Positions 25,536-37,291 of a stretch of 64,000 bases of DNA are shown here, one piece after another. The stretch comes from Squalus acanthias. Its lineage: Eukaryota. The position numbers were made by a program, and so were the translations under genes. The DNA is taken from NCBI GenBank assembly GCA_030390025.1, contig CM059432.1, positions 620,001 to 684,000 of the forward strand. Direction: 5' to 3'. The notes beneath the pieces are model-generated. The model was not told the DNA's origin. It saw nothing but the letters and a program-made list of their open reading frames with translations, and ran no database searches. Within the stretch, counting starts at the first letter, position 1, and every line of letters begins with the position of its first letter.

Positions 25536-26637
25536 ATGGCAGGGCAGCTCACACCCGTGGAATGCACATCCTGTGCCATGTGGGAAGTCCTGGACACCTC
25601 CCGTGGTCTGGACGACCACATGTGCGGGAAGTGTCGCCAGCTACAGCAGCTCGAGCACTGGGTTACGGAGCTTGAGCAGCGGCTGCATTCACTGCTGTGC
25701 ATCCGCGAGGCTGAGAGCTACGTGGATAGCACATTTCGGGAGGTGGTCACCCCGCAGCTTAAGAGTGTGCAGGCAGAGAGGGAATGGGTGACCGTCAGAC
25801 AAAAGAGGAGGACCAGGCAGGTAGTGCAGGAGTCCCCTGAGCCCATCTTGCTCACCAACGAGTATTCGGTGCTGAGTACTGGTGAGGGCGATGGTTCCTC
25901 TAGGGAGTGCAGCCAGAGCCAAGTCCACAGCACCATGGAAGGCTCAGCTGCACAGGCGGGGGGGAAGAGGAGAGGGAGAGCAATAGTGATAGGGGATTCA
26001 ATGGTTAGGGGAGCAGACAGGCGTTTCTGCGGCTGCAGACGTGACTCCAGGTTGGTATGTTGCCTCCCTGGTTCCAGGGTCAAGGATGTCACTGAACGGC
26101 TGCAGGGCATTCTGAGGGGGGAGGGTGAACAGCCAGAAGTCGTGGTCCATATCGGTACCAACGACATAGGTAGGAAGAGGGATGAGGTCCTGCAGGCAGA
26201 GTTTATGGAGCTAGGAAAGAGGTTAAAAAGCAGGACCTCAAAGGTAGTAATACCAGTGCCACGTGCTAATGAGTTCAGAAATAGGAAGATAGAACAGATG
26301 AATGCGTGGCTGGAGAGATGGTGTGAGAGGGAGGGCTTTAGATTTCTGAGGAATTGGAACCGTTTCTGGGGGAGGTGGGACCTCCACAAGCCAGACGCGT
26401 TGCACCTCAACGGGAACGGGACCAATATCCTCACGGGAGGGTTTGCTAGTGCCTGCTCTTTCAGTTCCGACGAAGGGTTTCGACCTGAAACGTTAACTCT
26501 GTTTCTCTCTCCACAGATGTTGCCTGGCCTGCTGAGTTTTTCCAGCGTTTTCTGTTGTTATTTCGGATTTCCAGCATCCGCAGTATTTTGCAATCGTATT
26601 AGGGTTTGCTAGTGCTGTTGGAGAGGGTTTAAACTAG
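25536..26637 (+). pseudogene. CR1 ORF1 (CxxC...CxxC zinc finger, leucine zipper, GDS esterase), interrupted near its C-terminus
   Basis: VECTSCAMW...HMCGKC; IVIGDSMVRG; HIGTND; DALHLN; natural end GFASAVGEGLN* restored by removing 26453-26600 plus one duplication copy. Confidence 0.85.
26453..26600 (+). mobile_element. Penelope-type short repeat inserted in CR1 ORF1
   Basis: 15-bp target duplication AGGGTTTGCTAGTGC (26438-26452 / 26601-26615); hammerhead-like core mutated to CCGACGA. Confidence 0.75.
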
Positions 26638-26847
26638 CTTGGCAGGGGGATGGGAACCTAAGTATAGAGTCAATAGGGAAGGAAGAAAAACTGGAATTGG
26701 AAAACAAAAACGTAGAAAGTAAATTGGAAGGACAGAGGAATAAAGGGCTAGCTAGTAGTCAACAAGGAGGTTTGCCTGTACTAAATGATATATACTTCAA
26801 TGCAAGGAGTATAGCAAACAAGGCAGATGAGCTGAGGGCACAGGTAG

Positions 26848-27180
26848 ATCATAGAATCACAGAATCCCCACAGTGCAGATAGAGGCCATTTCGGCCCATC
26901 AAGCCTGCAACGACACATATCCCACCCTATCCCCGTAACCCTACGTATTTAATCCCCCTAACACTAAGGGTCAATTTTTATTTTTTTTAATCATAGCCAA
27001 ATCAACCTAACCTGCACATCTTTGGACTGTGGGAGGAACCCGGAGCACCCGGAGGAAACCCACGCAGACACGGGGAGAATGTGCAAACTCCACACAGACA
27101 GTCACCCGAGGCCAGATTCGAACCCGGGTCCCTGGCGCTGTGAGGCAACAGTGCTAACCACTATGCCACCGTGTTGCCCC
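26848..27180 (-). mobile_element. HE1-like V-SINE inserted in the CR1 endonuclease domain
   Basis: tRNA-like head GGTGGCATAGTGG...GGTTCGAATC; V-domain GTTTGCACATTCTCCCCGTGTCTGCGTGGGTTTCCTCCGGG; CR1-like tail. Confidence 0.85.
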
Positions 27181-28692
27181 ATACTTGGGACTATGATATT
27201 ATAGCTATTACAGAGATGTGGCTGAAAGAGGGGCAGGTATGGTAGCTCAACATTCCTGGTTACAGGATTTTCAGACGGGATAGAGAGGGAGGTAAAAAGG
27301 GAGGGGGGGTCGCGGTATTGATTAAAGAAACTATTACAGCTGTGAGGCGGGACGATATGTTGGAGGGATCATCAAACGAGGCCATATGGGTCGAATTGAA
27401 AAACAAAAAAGGGGCGATCACACTGCTGGGAGTGTACTACAGACCCCAAACAGTGAGAGGGAGATAGAAGAGCAAATATGTCGACAAATTTCTGAGAAGT
27501 GCAAAAACTATGGGGCAGTAATAGTAGGGCATTTCAACTACCCCAATATTAACTGGGATAAAATTAGTGTGGAGGGTATAGAAGGTGCGGAATTCCTAAA
27601 ATGCATCCAGGAGAACTTTTTTAGCCAGTATGTAGCAAGCCCAACAAGGGAGGGGGCGGTTCTGGACTTAGTTTTAGGGAATGAAGCTGGGCAGGTAGAA
27701 GGCGTATCAGTGGGGGAGCATTTTGGTGCTAGTGACCATAATTCTGTTAGATTTAAGGTAGTTATGGAAAAGGACAAGGATAGACCAGGAATAAAAATTC
27801 TAAATTAGGGAAAAGCAAATTTTGCTAAGCTCAGAGGGGATTTAGCCATAGTGGACTGGAAACAGCTACTTGAAGGTAAATCAGTGTCAGAGCAGTGGGA
27901 GGCAGTCAAGAAGGAGATCCGGAGGGTTCAGACCAAACATGTGCCCTTAAAGAAAAAAGGTGGGACTAACAAATCTAGAGCCCCCTGGATGTCTAGAGAT
28001 ATACAGGGTAGGATAAAAAAAAAAAGGGAGGCATATGACAGATACCGAGGGCTAAATACTCCAGAGTCTTTAGAGGAGTACAGAAAGTGCAGGGGTGCAA
28101 TTAAACATGATATTAGGAAAGCAAAGAGAGAGCATGAAAAATTCTTGGCAAGTAAAATCAAGGAAAACCCAAAGATGTTTTATAAATATATTAAGAGTAA
28201 GAGGATAACTAAAGAAAGGGTAGGGCCTATTAAAGATCATGAGGGTAATCTGTGTGTGGAGGCGGGAGATGTCGGTAGGGTTCTTAATGAATACTTTGCG
28301 TCTGTTTTCACAAAGGAGAGGGGCGAAGCAGACATTGCTATCGGGGGGGAGGAGTGTGAAATATTAGATGAAATAAACATAGTGAGAAAGGAAGTATTAA
28401 GGGGTTTAGCAGCTTTAAAAGTGGATAAATCCCCAGGCCCGGATGAAATGTATCCCAGGCTGTTAAGCGAAGCGAAAGAGGAAATAGCAGAGGCCCTGAC
28501 CATCATTTTTCAATCCTCTCTGGCTTCAAGTGTGGTGCCGGAGGACTGGAGGACTGCTAATGTGGTACCCTTGTTTAAAAAGGGAGAAAAGGATAGACCG
28601 AGTAATTGCAGGCCAGTCAGCCTAACCTCGGTGGTGGGTAAATTATTGGAAAGAATTCTGAAGGACAGGATAAATTTCATTTAGAAAGACAC

Positions 28693-29780
28693 AGAAAGAC
28701 AGAGAGTTGGAATAAACGGCTCATTTTCTGAATGGCAGGCAGTAACAAGTGGGGTACCGCAGGGATCTGTCCTGGGTCCCCAGCTGTTCACAATTTACAT
28801 TAATGACCTGGATCAGGGAGTCGGATGCAGCATTTCCAAATTTGCAGACGACACTAAACTAGGAGGGGGGGTGGGCTCAGAGGAGGAGACCAGGAAGCTC
28901 CAGAGCGATTTGGACAGACTGGGTGATTGGGCGGATAAATGGCAGATGCACTATAATGTGGACAAGTGCGAAGTTATCCACCTTGGGTGCAGGAACGGGA
29001 GGGCAAATTATTATTTAAATGGCAATAAATTGGGAGAGGGGGAAGTACAGAGAGACCTGGGTGTTCTTGTACACCAGTCACTGAAGGCGAGCATGCAGGT
29101 GCAACAGGCGGTCAAGAAGGCAAACGGTATGCTGGCCTTCATAGCAAAAGGGTTGGAATACAGGAACAGGGATACCTTGCTGCAGCTGTACAGGGCACTG
29201 GTGAGACCACACCTCGAGTACTGTGTACAGTTTTGGTCGCCTCATCTGAGGAAAGATGTTCTTGCCATGGAGGGGGTGCAGCGGCGATTCACCAGGCTGA
29301 TACCAGGAATGGCGGGATTGACCTATGAGGAGAGACTATGTAGTTTAGGGATGTACACACTGGAGTTTAGAAGATTGAGAGGGGACCTCATAGAAGTGTA
29401 TAAAATTCTGACAGGTCTAGACAGACTAGATGCAGAAGGAATGTTTCCCTTGGCGGGTGAGAACAGAACTAGAGGACATAATTTAAGGATAAGGGCTAAA
29501 CCATTTAGGACAGAAATGAGGGGGAATTTCTTCACTCAGAGGGTGGTGAACCTGTGGAACTCATTGCCACAGAGGGCAGTGTACGCCAGCTCATTAAATA
29601 TATTTAAGAGGGAATTAGATATATTTCTACAGGCAAAAGGGGTTAAGGGTTACGGAGAGAAGGCGGGGACGGGATACTGAATTGGAGGATCAGCCATGAT
29701 CTCATTAAATGGCGGAGCAGGCTCGAAGGGCCAGATGGCCTACTCCTGCTCCTATCTTCTATGTATCTATGTATCTATGT
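28693..29780 (+). mobile_element. Young 5'-truncated CR1 nested in the host CR1 RT
   Basis: (CTATGTAT)n tail; ACAC duplication; near-identical to 55321-56410. Confidence 0.85.
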
Positions 29781-32700
29781 ACACGGATTAATCAAGGATA
29801 GTCAGCACGGATTTGTTAAGGGAAGGTCGTGTCTGACAAACTTGATTGAATTTTTTGAGGAGGTAACAAGGAGGGTAGATGATGGTAGTGCATATGGACT
29901 TTAGCAAGGCTTTTGATAAGGTTCCACATGGCAGACTGGTCACGAAGTTAAAAGCCCATGGGATCCAGGGCAAAGTGTCAAGTTGGATTCAAAACTGGCT
30001 CGGAGACAGGAAGCAGAGGGTAATGGTTGATGGGTGTTTTTGTGACTGGAAGGCTGTTTCCAGTGGGGTTCCGCAGGGCTCATTACTAGGTCCCTTGCTT
30101 TTTGTGGTATATATCAACGATCTAGACTTGAATATAGTGGGTATGATTAAGAAGTTTGCAGATGATACTAAAATCGGCTGTGTGGTTGATACTGAAGAAG
30201 GAAGCTGTAGACTGCAGGAAGATATCAATAAATTGGTCAGGTGGGCAGAACAGTGGCAAATGGAATTCAATCCGGAGAAGTGTGAGATAATGCATTTGGG
30301 GAGGGCTAACAAGGAAAGGGAATACACATTAAATGGTAGGACACTGAGTAGTGTAGAGGAACAAAGGGACCTTGGAGTGCATGTCCACAGATCCCTGAAG
30401 GTAGCAGGCCAAGTAGATAAGGTGGTTAAGAAGGCATACGGAATGCTTGCCTTTATTAGCCGTGGCATAGAATACAGGAGCAGGGGGGTTATGCTTCAAC
30501 TGTATAAAACACTAGTTAGGCCTCAGCTAGAGTACTGCGTGCAGTTCTGGTCACCACATTACAGGAAAGATGTGATTGTACTAGAGAGGGTACAGAGGAG
30601 ATTTATAAGGATGTTGCCGGGAGTAGAGAATCTTAGCTATGAGGAAAGACTGGATAGGCTGGGTCTGTTTTCCTTGGAACAGAGGAGGCTGAGGGGAGAC
30701 CTTATTGAGGTGTATAAAATTATGAGGGGCATAGATAAAGTGGATAGAAAGGACCTATTTCCCTTAGCAGAGGGGTCAAAAACCAGGGGTCACAGATTTA
30801 AAGTAATTGGGGGAAGGTTTAGAGGGGATTTGAGGGGAAAATTCTTCACCCAGGGGGTTGTGGGGGTCTGGAACTCACTGCCTGAAAGGGTTGTAGAGGC
30901 AGGAACCCTAACCACATTTAAAAAGTACTTGGATGTGCACTTGGGATGCTCTAACCTGCAGGGCTACAGACCAAGAGCTGGGAAGTGGGATTAGGCTGGA
31001 TAGCTCTTTGTTGGCCGGCGCGGACACGATGGGCCGAAATGGCCTCCTTCCGTGCTGTAACTTTCTATGATTCTATGCTGCCTGCATTACATTGAACGGG
31101 CACGGGGTAATCGCGTATCGTGATCCCCATGTCCGTTTTTGGGGGCTGTCCAATTTAGTCCCTTAGAACTGGAAAATTAGACATCTTAAATTATTCATTA
31201 TGTCTCAATTAGGTGCTTAATTGTCTGAAACCTATGTTTATGGGCTAGATAATTAATCCATGATTTAGTACATTGGTTGCAGTTTGCAACCTCTGGGCTC
31301 AACATTGACTTTAATTACTTCAGATCTTAACCTCAGCCTCATTTTCTTTACAGTAGGCGATGTGGGATGGCTGGTGTCCGGTGGTGGGGGCGGGGGGCAG
31401 CAGCAGGCGGGGGCAGCGACAGGTGGTGTGGGGGATAGTAAGGGAGGTAGGTTAAAGCTTGGACTGGAAACCCGCTATCAAAACGCAGTGTTGGTGGAAG
31501 AGTCTGCGCTGTAGGTGTTGGTCTGCTTTTTTTTCAGCACTGGTAGAGCATATTTTGCCAGATTCTCCTGTGTTAATTTTAGACCTACCCCCATCTTTTG
31601 TCTTGTCCTTGAGTAAAACCCACTACAATTACCATTATTTCTCTAATGGCTTATTTTTTTAATATGTCTTTCCATTGTCTGATTTAAAGATCATCTCGGC
31701 TGTCTATCCATCTCCTGTTTTTCTTTTAAGCAGGTTACAGGTAATTGAATAGATTGGGCCTATACTCTCTGGAGTTTAGAAGAATGAAAGGTGATCTCAT
31801 TGAAACATATAAGATTCTGAGGGGGATTGACAGGGTAGATACTGAGAGGTTGTTTCCCCTTTGGGTGCTCAATCGTTGAGTATATTCAAGACAGAGATTG
31901 ATAGATTTTTGGACTGTAGGGGAATCAAGGAATATGGGGATCGGGCGGGAAAGTGGAGTTGAGGTTGAAGATCAGCCATGATCTTATTGAATAGTTGAGC
32001 AGGCTTGAGGGGCCGTATGGCTGATTCCTGCTCCTATTTCTTATGTTCTTATATTCTTATCAATACTTCCTCTCCATTAAAATACTTGTTCATTTTTCAA
32101 TTTTTTAGTTTTGCTTGCCTGAAATGTTAATTTATCTGTTCTCTCCACAGATGCCGACTGACCTGCTGTGTGTTTCCAGCAATTGCAGTTGTTTGCTTTT
32201 TATTATTAATCTGTTGCAGAAGTTCAAAGACCATGTTGTATAATTTGAAGACAAATCAGGTAGGTAACCCTTACATTCAAGTGTAGTTCTAATATTTAGG
32301 AAATAGTACAGGATTAATATAATGATTTAAAAAAATTAAAAACCAGCAGCCTATTAAGACAATACATGCAAACAGTTTAATTTACCAATCAATTGGAGAA
32401 GACAAAATCATTTCAAAACAAATTGACAACTATGTGTAAATATCCCTACTGTAAGCAAGTTGTAAGTTAAAGATCACAGTCCCCAAATTCCAAGACATTT
32501 TCAGGGCCTAAAATGGAGGTAACTCACTTGACTGCGGCCACTTACGCTGACCTTCTGCCCCAGCAACAGCACCCAAATTTTCAAAACCAATTTGGCCCTT
32601 CCTGCGATCTGACCACTCATATAAAAATAATTGCCAGTGGTGCTGCAGCCCCGAATTTCCTGTGTTTACGCTCGCAATGTGCTAGGGGTAAGTGAGAATG

Positions 32701-33298
32701 AGAATGATAAAGAACAGATGTTGCCAGGATCAGCTGAGACTGGCAGAAGTGAGGGATTTTGAACTTGAAAACTGCTGAAAGTTTGGAGTAGCAATTACTG
32801 CAGCTGGGAATATTTGCAGCAATTTTTTTTGGCATTCAGCCTAGACAACCTTGCACTTGCTTTTGACTGCCTGTGAGAGTGTGAGCCCAACTGAGTGTTG
32901 TTCAGGAGCAGTTATAGAAAGAACCTGCATTTCTATAGCACCTTTCACAACCATAGGATGTCCCAAAGCACTTCACAACCAATCAATTACTTTTGAAGTG
33001 TAGTCACTGTTATAGCGAATCATGATTTGCACACAGCAGGATCCCAAAAATCGTCTGTAAGATAAATGACCAGATCATCTATTTTAGTGATGTGGGTTGA
33101 GGGATAAATGTTGGCCAGGACACCAGGAGAACTCCCTTGCTGTTCTTTGAATAGTACCATGGAATCTTTTGCATCCACTTGAGAGGGAAGATGGAAGCTT
33201 AGTTTAACATCTCATCTGAAAAACAGCAGCTCTGACAGAGGGTAGCCCTCTCGCCTCTGAGTCAGAATGTTGTTGGTTCAAGTCCCACTCCAGAGACT

Positions 33299-33836
33299 TG
33301 TCGAAGTTTCGACTTCCGAGTAAGACTCTCTAAACATAAAGTATCGTCAAAGACAGGCTTTATTATTTACTTGCAGCAAGGAGAATGCATGCAGTCAACG
33401 GCTACTTGACATTCTGAAGAATCACAGAAAATGGAACATCTTTATACACTGAAAATACAAGCTTTCTATATCACATGACATGTTGTTTAAAGTAAGCTAA
33501 GTTAAAAGTTAAAAAAATAGAAATGCCTTACGATGAGACTAGCTAATCTCTACAGTCATGGAGTCTGTCTGTCTGTTCTTCTTCTCCCACCAAGGCCAAG
33601 GTATCTGGATGTTTACTTCACTAGTCCTTGGTTATCTCAAGTTGATTAGAAGAAGCCTTTTTGTTCTGTACCAGCAGACTATGAAAACAACATAGTCTGC
33701 AAAGTTTAAATTCATCTCCATGAGAAGTCATAAACAACTTTATCTTTTCCCAAACAAGTCAGAGTCGGCCATTTTGTATCACTCTTTCTGTGTCTAGGAA
33801 GCCATTTTGTGTCCGAGACAAAAATACACTTCCACA
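33299..33836 (-). repeat. 3' LTR (538 bp), preceded by PPT AAAAAGGGGGGAA
   Basis: About 4 visible differences from the 5' LTR; TATAAA at 33441-33446; AATAAA at 33359-33364. Confidence 0.95.
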
Positions 33837-34069
33837 TTCCCCCCTTTTTGTCCTTCTAGGACAAAATAGCTCAATTTAACTCTTTCGGTCTCTCCTGTCG
33901 GTTCCTGTACCAAATTTGAATTTTGGCCAGGGATGCCAACTTCTTTTCTGTTTTAACCATCCTCAGGATTATACCTGTATTGATGGCTGACCTTATTTAA
34001 GATCGTCTCTCCTTTCTGTCTATCCTTAGGGTTGGGCATGTAATTCTTTGAATTCTAATTTGTCCAGTT

Positions 34070-35414
34070 TTAATTTTGGCCACTGTAACTGGCATCATCT
34101 TGGTCATCTAATCCGTAAAAATTTATCTTACTCAATCGCCTTAGCTCTTCCCCTAGGGGACTGTTCTTCTCTTCTTCTTCATTTACTTCCCTCTGTACCA
34201 TCATACTTCCTCCAGGTATAACTGCCTTACCTAGCCTATTACAACAGCATTTAATCATTGTGACAAACAGAATTACTGCTACCATTACTACTAGTCCATG
34301 CAATAATATTTGTCCCATTGATCCCAGCCATCCTCCCAGTATCCAGTCAAACCATCCTTGGCTCTTTGGATTCTTATACTGACTCACTGCATCTCTTATG
34401 TGTTTAACTATGTTAGTTATATTTTCTGAACTGTCTGGGATATAGGTACAACATTCACTCCCTATCAAAGCACAAGTTCCTCCTTTATTCGCCAACAGAT
34501 AATCTAATGCCATTCGATTCTGCAATGTCATTACTCTTATAGCTACCATTTCAGCACTCATTTCGGACAATCCTTCCTCAGTTTCATTTGCCACTTTTTC
34601 TATCAGATCTGCTAGCTCGTTTACTTCTTCCATTAACTTCCCTATTCCGTATGGGGCTATTAATACGCCAAAGACTCTTTCATAAGTTGCTATCTCTCTT
34701 TTACTCCTTTGGAATTCATGATGTTCTCCTATCTTGTCTAAAATGTGGATATAAGGTACTACATAACCCAAATAGCAGGACCCTGTCCAGTTATGTGGCA
34801 ACCATGGATAAGCCTTGTTCCCGCATATAAAATAGGTGCAATTATAGGCCGTCAAGTTACCCTCTCCTCCCATCCATATTCGGATAGGGTCGCCTGTCCA
34901 GGGGGACCTACTGGTTTTATTATTTACTTTAGTCCAGTCAAACTGAAAAAATCCCTGCTCAAGCAGGCCAGGAACTCTCTCCGACTTTCTTTTCATCCTG
35001 CATCCTGCTTACTGCAGCCTGCTTTTTAAAACATAATGCCCCTTGTGGTCTACCAACTCCTGAGGTATTAGTTAATACAAGAAACGGGGGTGTTCGAGTA
35101 TGATTATAATTGGGCTGATACCATCCCTGAAAGCTGGTTAGGTTATACCCTGCTGATCTGCACTGTTCTACATCTGAGGTCTTATCCGGATCCCTTGAAC
35201 TGTTTCTTCTTATTACCCATTCTGCTGTTTCGGAAGTATTAAAGGGAATTGATCTGAGGAGGATCCCTCCCGTGGTGTGAATAGGTATATGGGCACAGAC
35301 CCAACAACTAGATCTACCACTAGTTTTAGCATGCTCGTAAGACATGTACAAGAAAGTGTTAACATGTAATTCTCGTTTCTTTCGGGATCCTTCCCCACCT
35401 CTTTGGCACGTCAT
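34070..35414 (-). pseudogene. env: Gamma-type envelope (SU-TM), frameshifted near 34965
   Basis: CWVC motif, WTGSCYLG, furin site RSKR, fusion peptide, immunosuppressive domain LQNRMALDYLLANKGGTC, CX6CC (CALIGSECC), TM helix and cytoplasmic tail. Confidence 0.92.
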
Positions 35415-35474
35415 GCGTATCAGTCCGATTAATATTTAAAATATATGTAACAGCTTCATTGTTTAAGTCCTTGT

Positions 35475-35535
35475 TTGGTGCTTTCTTGCAATGGGATGCG
35501 TGGATCCAGGTAGATCTTTCCTTGACTTTTCGACT
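35475..35535 (-). pseudogene. Integrase C-terminal remnant
   Basis: KVKERSTWIHASHCKKAP, the gamma/epsilon-type integrase-end WIHASH motif. Confidence 0.75.
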
Positions 35536-36019
35536 CCATTTTTGTCTATTATCCCCCACCCTGTGTTGTTTTGCATTTTACGATTCCCTTATCACTTCTA
35601 TTTGTCTTTTGATGCTTGATATTTGACCTTGCTGGCATTTCTGCTATCTGTTCCTGGCTGCATGTTGTCAGTTTCTGTTCTAAGAATTAAAACCCATCTT
35701 TGAATCGAACAGCTATTTCTTACAATTCCCTTCTTTGAGAAGGAAATAATTCTTATTGACTTCTCACAATCGGCTCTTGACTAATCTGGCTAGTTCTTAT
35801 TGCTCTCTCAATTTGGGCGTTAGTTATCAGTCCATTCCTTTGAGGAGAAGGAGCAACCTCTGACCCTTACTCAAATTCAATTCATTGTTCCAGTATTCCA
35901 ATTCTGCCCCGCCTGGGGTATCCTCTGTTTCTTCTATCTTCCTGATGTTACCCCGCCTGGGGTCTCCTCTACATTGCTTCGGATCTTCTCTTTCGGTGTG
36001 CTCAATTTGTTAGTGCTGG

Positions 36020-37291
36020 TTAGTCATGGGCATGACTACCCAATTGGCTTGTGTATCTTACTACATAGGTTACATATATCAAATACACAGGCCCAGAAAT
36101 TCGCGTGTCCGGCTTGCCGCGGGGGTAAGGATCGCGCGCGCTCTTACCCACCGCGCCTGCCGTTGTGTTTTGGGCCCACAGGAACTTCGGGTCCTGGGCC
36201 TCTCCCAAGAGCTGGCGCGCAGTGCTTGCGTGTTCCAGGGGCGCAGTTAGTGCGATGCGACCCCTGGGATCACGTGGGCCATGGAGAGCCAATGGCAGCA
36301 GACCATCTTTCATTCATAGATTTGACAGGAGACCTGTCAAATCTGTGAATTGAAATCGGCCCCAAAAGAACAGCTAAACTTAAAATAATTTTTTTTAAAA
36401 AACCATCACATTTATAAAATAACTATAGGTAAATAAATTAACCACTTTAAACAAAAATTTAAATTTTTGAAAAAATTAAAATACTTTTTAAAAGTTATAA
36501 AAATAAACTTACCTTTCTTTAAAGTATCTAAAAAAGATAAACCTGTTGAAAAATTTTTAAAATTATACTTAATTAACCACTTACCTAGTTCAAAAGGGTT
36601 CTTACGCCTCCTTTTTATTAGCGTAGAATCTTCAATACTTACCCTTGCGTGGAAACCTGAAAAAAAATCTAAGTGTGCTGCGTGCGCGCAGCCTCTAGCG
36701 CGCACGCGGTTCACCTAGGAACCGCCCCCTTCACCATACCGGAAGTTCCGGTTTCCCGCGCATGCGCAGTGCATGCAGGAAACCGGCACTTCGGGAATCA
36801 ATACGGGTGAGTACACACTGTGTACTCACGCGGGAAGGGCTGAATTTTTGGGCCACTATCATTACAAGTTGGAGAACTACCAGAACGTGTGAAATAATAC
36901 AAATCTAAGGGTGTGCTGATATATTAAACCCAATATCCCACCAGTGTGAGTTGTCCCCTATGCTGTCAATTTCAATATCTATTCTCGAGTTGTCTTCCTT
37001 CAAAACATAAAAATGCTTTAGGGAGGAGTTCAGTCGCATCATGAGCTCACTGATAACCTTAGACAACAGGGGAATGTCGTATCCGAATTGTGCCACATAA
37101 TTGTGCAGCTCATACTTAAGTACCTCATTTACTGTCAGTTTCACTTGAGCACAGGTTTCAATATTATGTAAAATGTGTTGATTGATGGGACAGGTCCAGT
37201 TAGACCCGTAAAGCATGGTAGTTGCGGTAGTAGTGACACAGGAGGTACCACCAAAACCACCACATACTGGATTCGCACTGGTTTTTCCCAC
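36020..37291 (-). pseudogene. C-terminus of an env-like type I membrane protein (non-gamma), split by a MITE
   Basis: Cys-rich segment, helical IPLLSKVISELMMRLNSSLKHF, HWWDI, one in-frame stop, then a hydrophobic TM ICIISHVLVVLQLVMIVYLIYVTYVV that is continuous only after removing 36090-36854 plus 3 bp. Confidence 0.6.
36090..36854. mobile_element. Harbinger-type MITE inside the provirus
   Basis: TIR GGCCCAGAAATTC / GAATTTTTGGGCC; imperfect 3-bp duplication ACA/ACT; GC-rich arms around an AT-rich core. Confidence 0.75.

Larger units (their letters stand above)
25190..31077 (+). mobile_element. Near full-length CR1 LINE (ORF1 + ORF2) carrying three nested insertions
   Basis: GC/CAG-rich 5'UTR; ORF1 with zinc finger, coiled coil and SGNH esterase; ORF2 APE (YFNARSI, SDH) and RT (PQGS, FADD); tail TTCTATGATTCTATG; 5' boundary approximate. 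Confidence 0.9.

Noticed and set aside
25461..26612. 383-aa ORF as a host esterase gene
   Set aside because: It is CR1 ORF1; its apparent C-terminus is read-through into an inserted repeat
27100..27180. tRNA gene
   Set aside because: It is the tRNA-derived head of an HE1-like SINE
34070..34996. env as a domesticated syncytin-like gene
   Set aside because: Frameshift/deletion within SU, no signal peptide found, and located in a young provirus
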